From Squalus acanthias (taxonomy: Eukaryota), in contig CM059433.1 in assembly GCA_030390025.1 (NCBI GenBank), positions 4,836,001 to 4,900,000 of the forward strand: 64,000 bases of DNA, given 5' to 3'. Position 1 is the stretch's first letter. The number at the start of each line of letters is the position of its first letter. Positions 61,823 through 64,000 of this stretch are shown here, piece after piece. The position numbers were made by a program, and so were the translations under genes. A model generated the notes under the pieces. It ran no database searches and was not told the DNA's origin. It saw only the letters and a program-made list of their open reading frames with translations.

Positions 61823-62659
61823 TCATTTCTTCATTTAAGAAATCTGAGAGTTCTTTATTATTACTATGTAATAAAGTGCCTGGGTTAATGTTACATACAG
61901 AATCAAGTATATGGTAGAAAAATTGATCAGTGCTGTGAGTTTTTAACAAAAAGTAAGCTTGCAGTACTAATCTTGATCCCTTCCTTTCTTCCCCACTCCA
62001 CGCTTCCCATTTAATTTGTTGTACAATTCCATTCTCCTTTGGCTACTTCAGGATGGAATTAAGTCATGCCAGACTAAAGGCCTATTTACCTGCTGAAGAT
62101 ATTAACTGGATTGGGTGAAGCGTCTTATGTTTCAAAATTAGATCGGGGAGAGAGAGAGACCAGGTGGCCTCTACATTGTGCAACCAAATATGGAGCGTGA
62201 TTGTTTTTGTAGAACCAGCAGTGAGCAAGCTTATGAAGTAAGGAATCTCCCTCCTTTACTGAGGATGGAGAAGAAGGATGGTGGTTCATTTTCCATTGCT
62301 TGTTCAGAGCCAGACACCTCTGATAAAAGTCAGACCGTAGCATTTCAAAAATTAAAACTGCAGAAGTGTAAGATAGTTTAAGTTGTTAAGTCAGCATAGC
62401 AGAAACAGAAATGAACTCAACGTTCTGGTGGATCAACCAATTAATCGCTAATGCACTCCATCACAGAATGAAATGTAGATTTAGTAGTACAGTTATGGGT
62501 TATTGACTTGGTCAAAGCTTCAACACTGTCAAACAACTACAACTATGGACTTGTGACTGGGCCTCTGAACAACTACTAAATACTCCCCAACATCCCAGCA
62601 GGCTTGAGGGAAGCAAATAAAATCCAAAGATGAAATACTTCTGAATTAATATTAACTTT

Positions 62660-63090
62660 GGCTTAGTGATAGCACTCTATACTTTGAATTGGTTTAAGCA
62701 CTTGAGCACATAATTCAGGCTGACAATTCAGTGCAGTACTGAGGGAGTACTGCACTGTTGGAGGTGCCATCTTTCAGATGAGACATTAAACTGAGGCCCC
62801 GTTTGTGTACTCAGGTGGATGAAATGATCCCAAGCTTTATTTGAAGAAGGTCAGGGGAGTTCTCCCAGTGTCATAGCCAATAATTATCCCTCAACTAATG
62901 TCACTAAAAACAGGTTATCTGGTCATTTATCTCATTGCTGTTTGTGAGAACTTGATGTGCTCAAATTGGCTGACACGCTTCCCTACATTAGAACAGTGAC
63001 TGCACTTCAAAAGTACTCATTGGTGAAGTGCTTTGGGACATCCTATGGTTGTGAAAGGCACTTTACAAATGCAAGTTTATTTCTTTCTTG
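62660..63090 (+). mobile_element. Deu-domain SINE
   Basis: CAGTGCAGTACTGAGGGAG core and an L2-like tail. Confidence 0.8.
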
Positions 63091-63385
63091 TGCAGTCTGT
63101 CTTAAGTTGATTGATCTCGTGCACGGCAGCAGTTCGGGTGCATTGGTTAGCTTCAGCAGACCTTGGCTAAGGATAGAAAAATCAGGCAAGGTTCCCACTC
63201 CTAATCATTATTCAATAACCCTTGTTTCAAAGTACTTGTATGAATATTAGATGAAAACATAATTTAGAATCACTTATTGCTTTGATGTCCTATAGCTTGC
63301 TACTGCTCACTGTCTAGCTCACACATGAAGAACAGCCATTTGGTTGAGTTGCCAGTGTACATTATGGGCTGTCTCCGAGCACTCC
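63091..63385 (+). mobile_element. AmnSINE2-like SINE fragment
   Basis: AAAATCAGGCAAGGTTCCCACTCCTAATC...CTCACTGTCTAGCTCACACATGAAGAA. Confidence 0.6.
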
Positions 63386-63459
63386 TTAAGCATGCTCAGT
63401 GCAAAAGGCAGCTTTTCAACTCAATTTGCTTCTAAAAACAGGTCGGTTCCTCTTAACGA

Positions 63460-63722
63460 ACCATTCAGGAGAGAAATTAGGAAACACTTCCTCATGCAAA
63501 GGGTGGTAGAAGTGTGGAACACTCTCCCACAAAAAGCAGTAGATGCAAGCTAAATTAATAATTTTAAATGTGAGATGAATAGATTTTTTTTGCCATACAA
63601 GGGTATAAAAGGATATGGAGCCAAGGCGGGTGGATGGAGTTAAGATACAGATCGGCCATGATCTCATTGAATGGTGGAACGGGCTTAAGGGTCTGATTGG
63701 CTTCCTCCTGTTCCTATGTTCT
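63460..63722 (+). mobile_element. CR1 3' end
   Basis: FRREIRKHFLMQRVVEVWNTLP plus an TTCCTATGTTC tail. Confidence 0.85.
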
Positions 63723-64000
63723 AAAACTTAACCGTGTGAGTACAGTGATTGGGAAGTAGTGTGCCTCAGAGCTAACAATGTACCCTTTTACTACTGACTT
63801 ATACCAAAAACATTATGGGGTGTCCACTGCATACTTCTAAGATCTCTGGGTGGGAAAACACCGCGCTGGCAGACCACATATTTCGAGTTAAGTTACAAAT
63901 TAGGAATACATTACTTAACTCTGATACTTTTTATGAGACCAAAATAATACCATATTTCAAGATTTTTATCATCCTTTTGAGCTCTTTTACATGAGGCCTT

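Larger units (their letters stand above)
21146..64000 (+). other. ROCK2 intron 1 (continues beyond the window)
   Basis: No segment encoding the expected exon 2 (DGLxxLVxDLDFPALRKNKNI) was seen downstream. Confidence 0.75.

Noticed and set aside
62052..62096. Acceptor-like site followed by DGIKS, resembling the start of ROCK exon 2
   Set aside because: It reaches a stop after 14 codons and lacks DLDFPALRKNKNI.

Overview
This is vertebrate genomic DNA, and the repeat set points to a shark or other elasmobranch. The only confident protein-coding feature is exon 1 of a Rho-associated kinase (ROCK2-like; 21050-21145, + strand). It lies in a CpG island, and its first intron runs past the window end (>42.8 kb). 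A second CpG-retaining promoter-like segment sits at the window start. The rest is dense, often nested transposon relics: CR1 (two families), L2, an old RTE-like LINE, Deu-domain SINEs (SacSINE1-like), AmnSINE2-like, LF-SINE-like and HE1-like SINEs, Harbinger-type MITEs plus a Harbinger Myb/SANT fragment, a pogo/Tigger-like MITE holding a 29-bp minisatellite, and Penelope-like terminal repeats with minimal hammerhead ribozyme cores. Highlights are short fold-back, hammerhead-family insertions with 12-16 bp target-site duplications, and a candidate recursive splice site or in-frame 51-nt cassette exon in ROCK2 intron 1. Most listed ORFs are repeat-derived or spurious. Repeat family names come from recalled consensus similarity, not a database search, and boundaries of old repeats are approximate.
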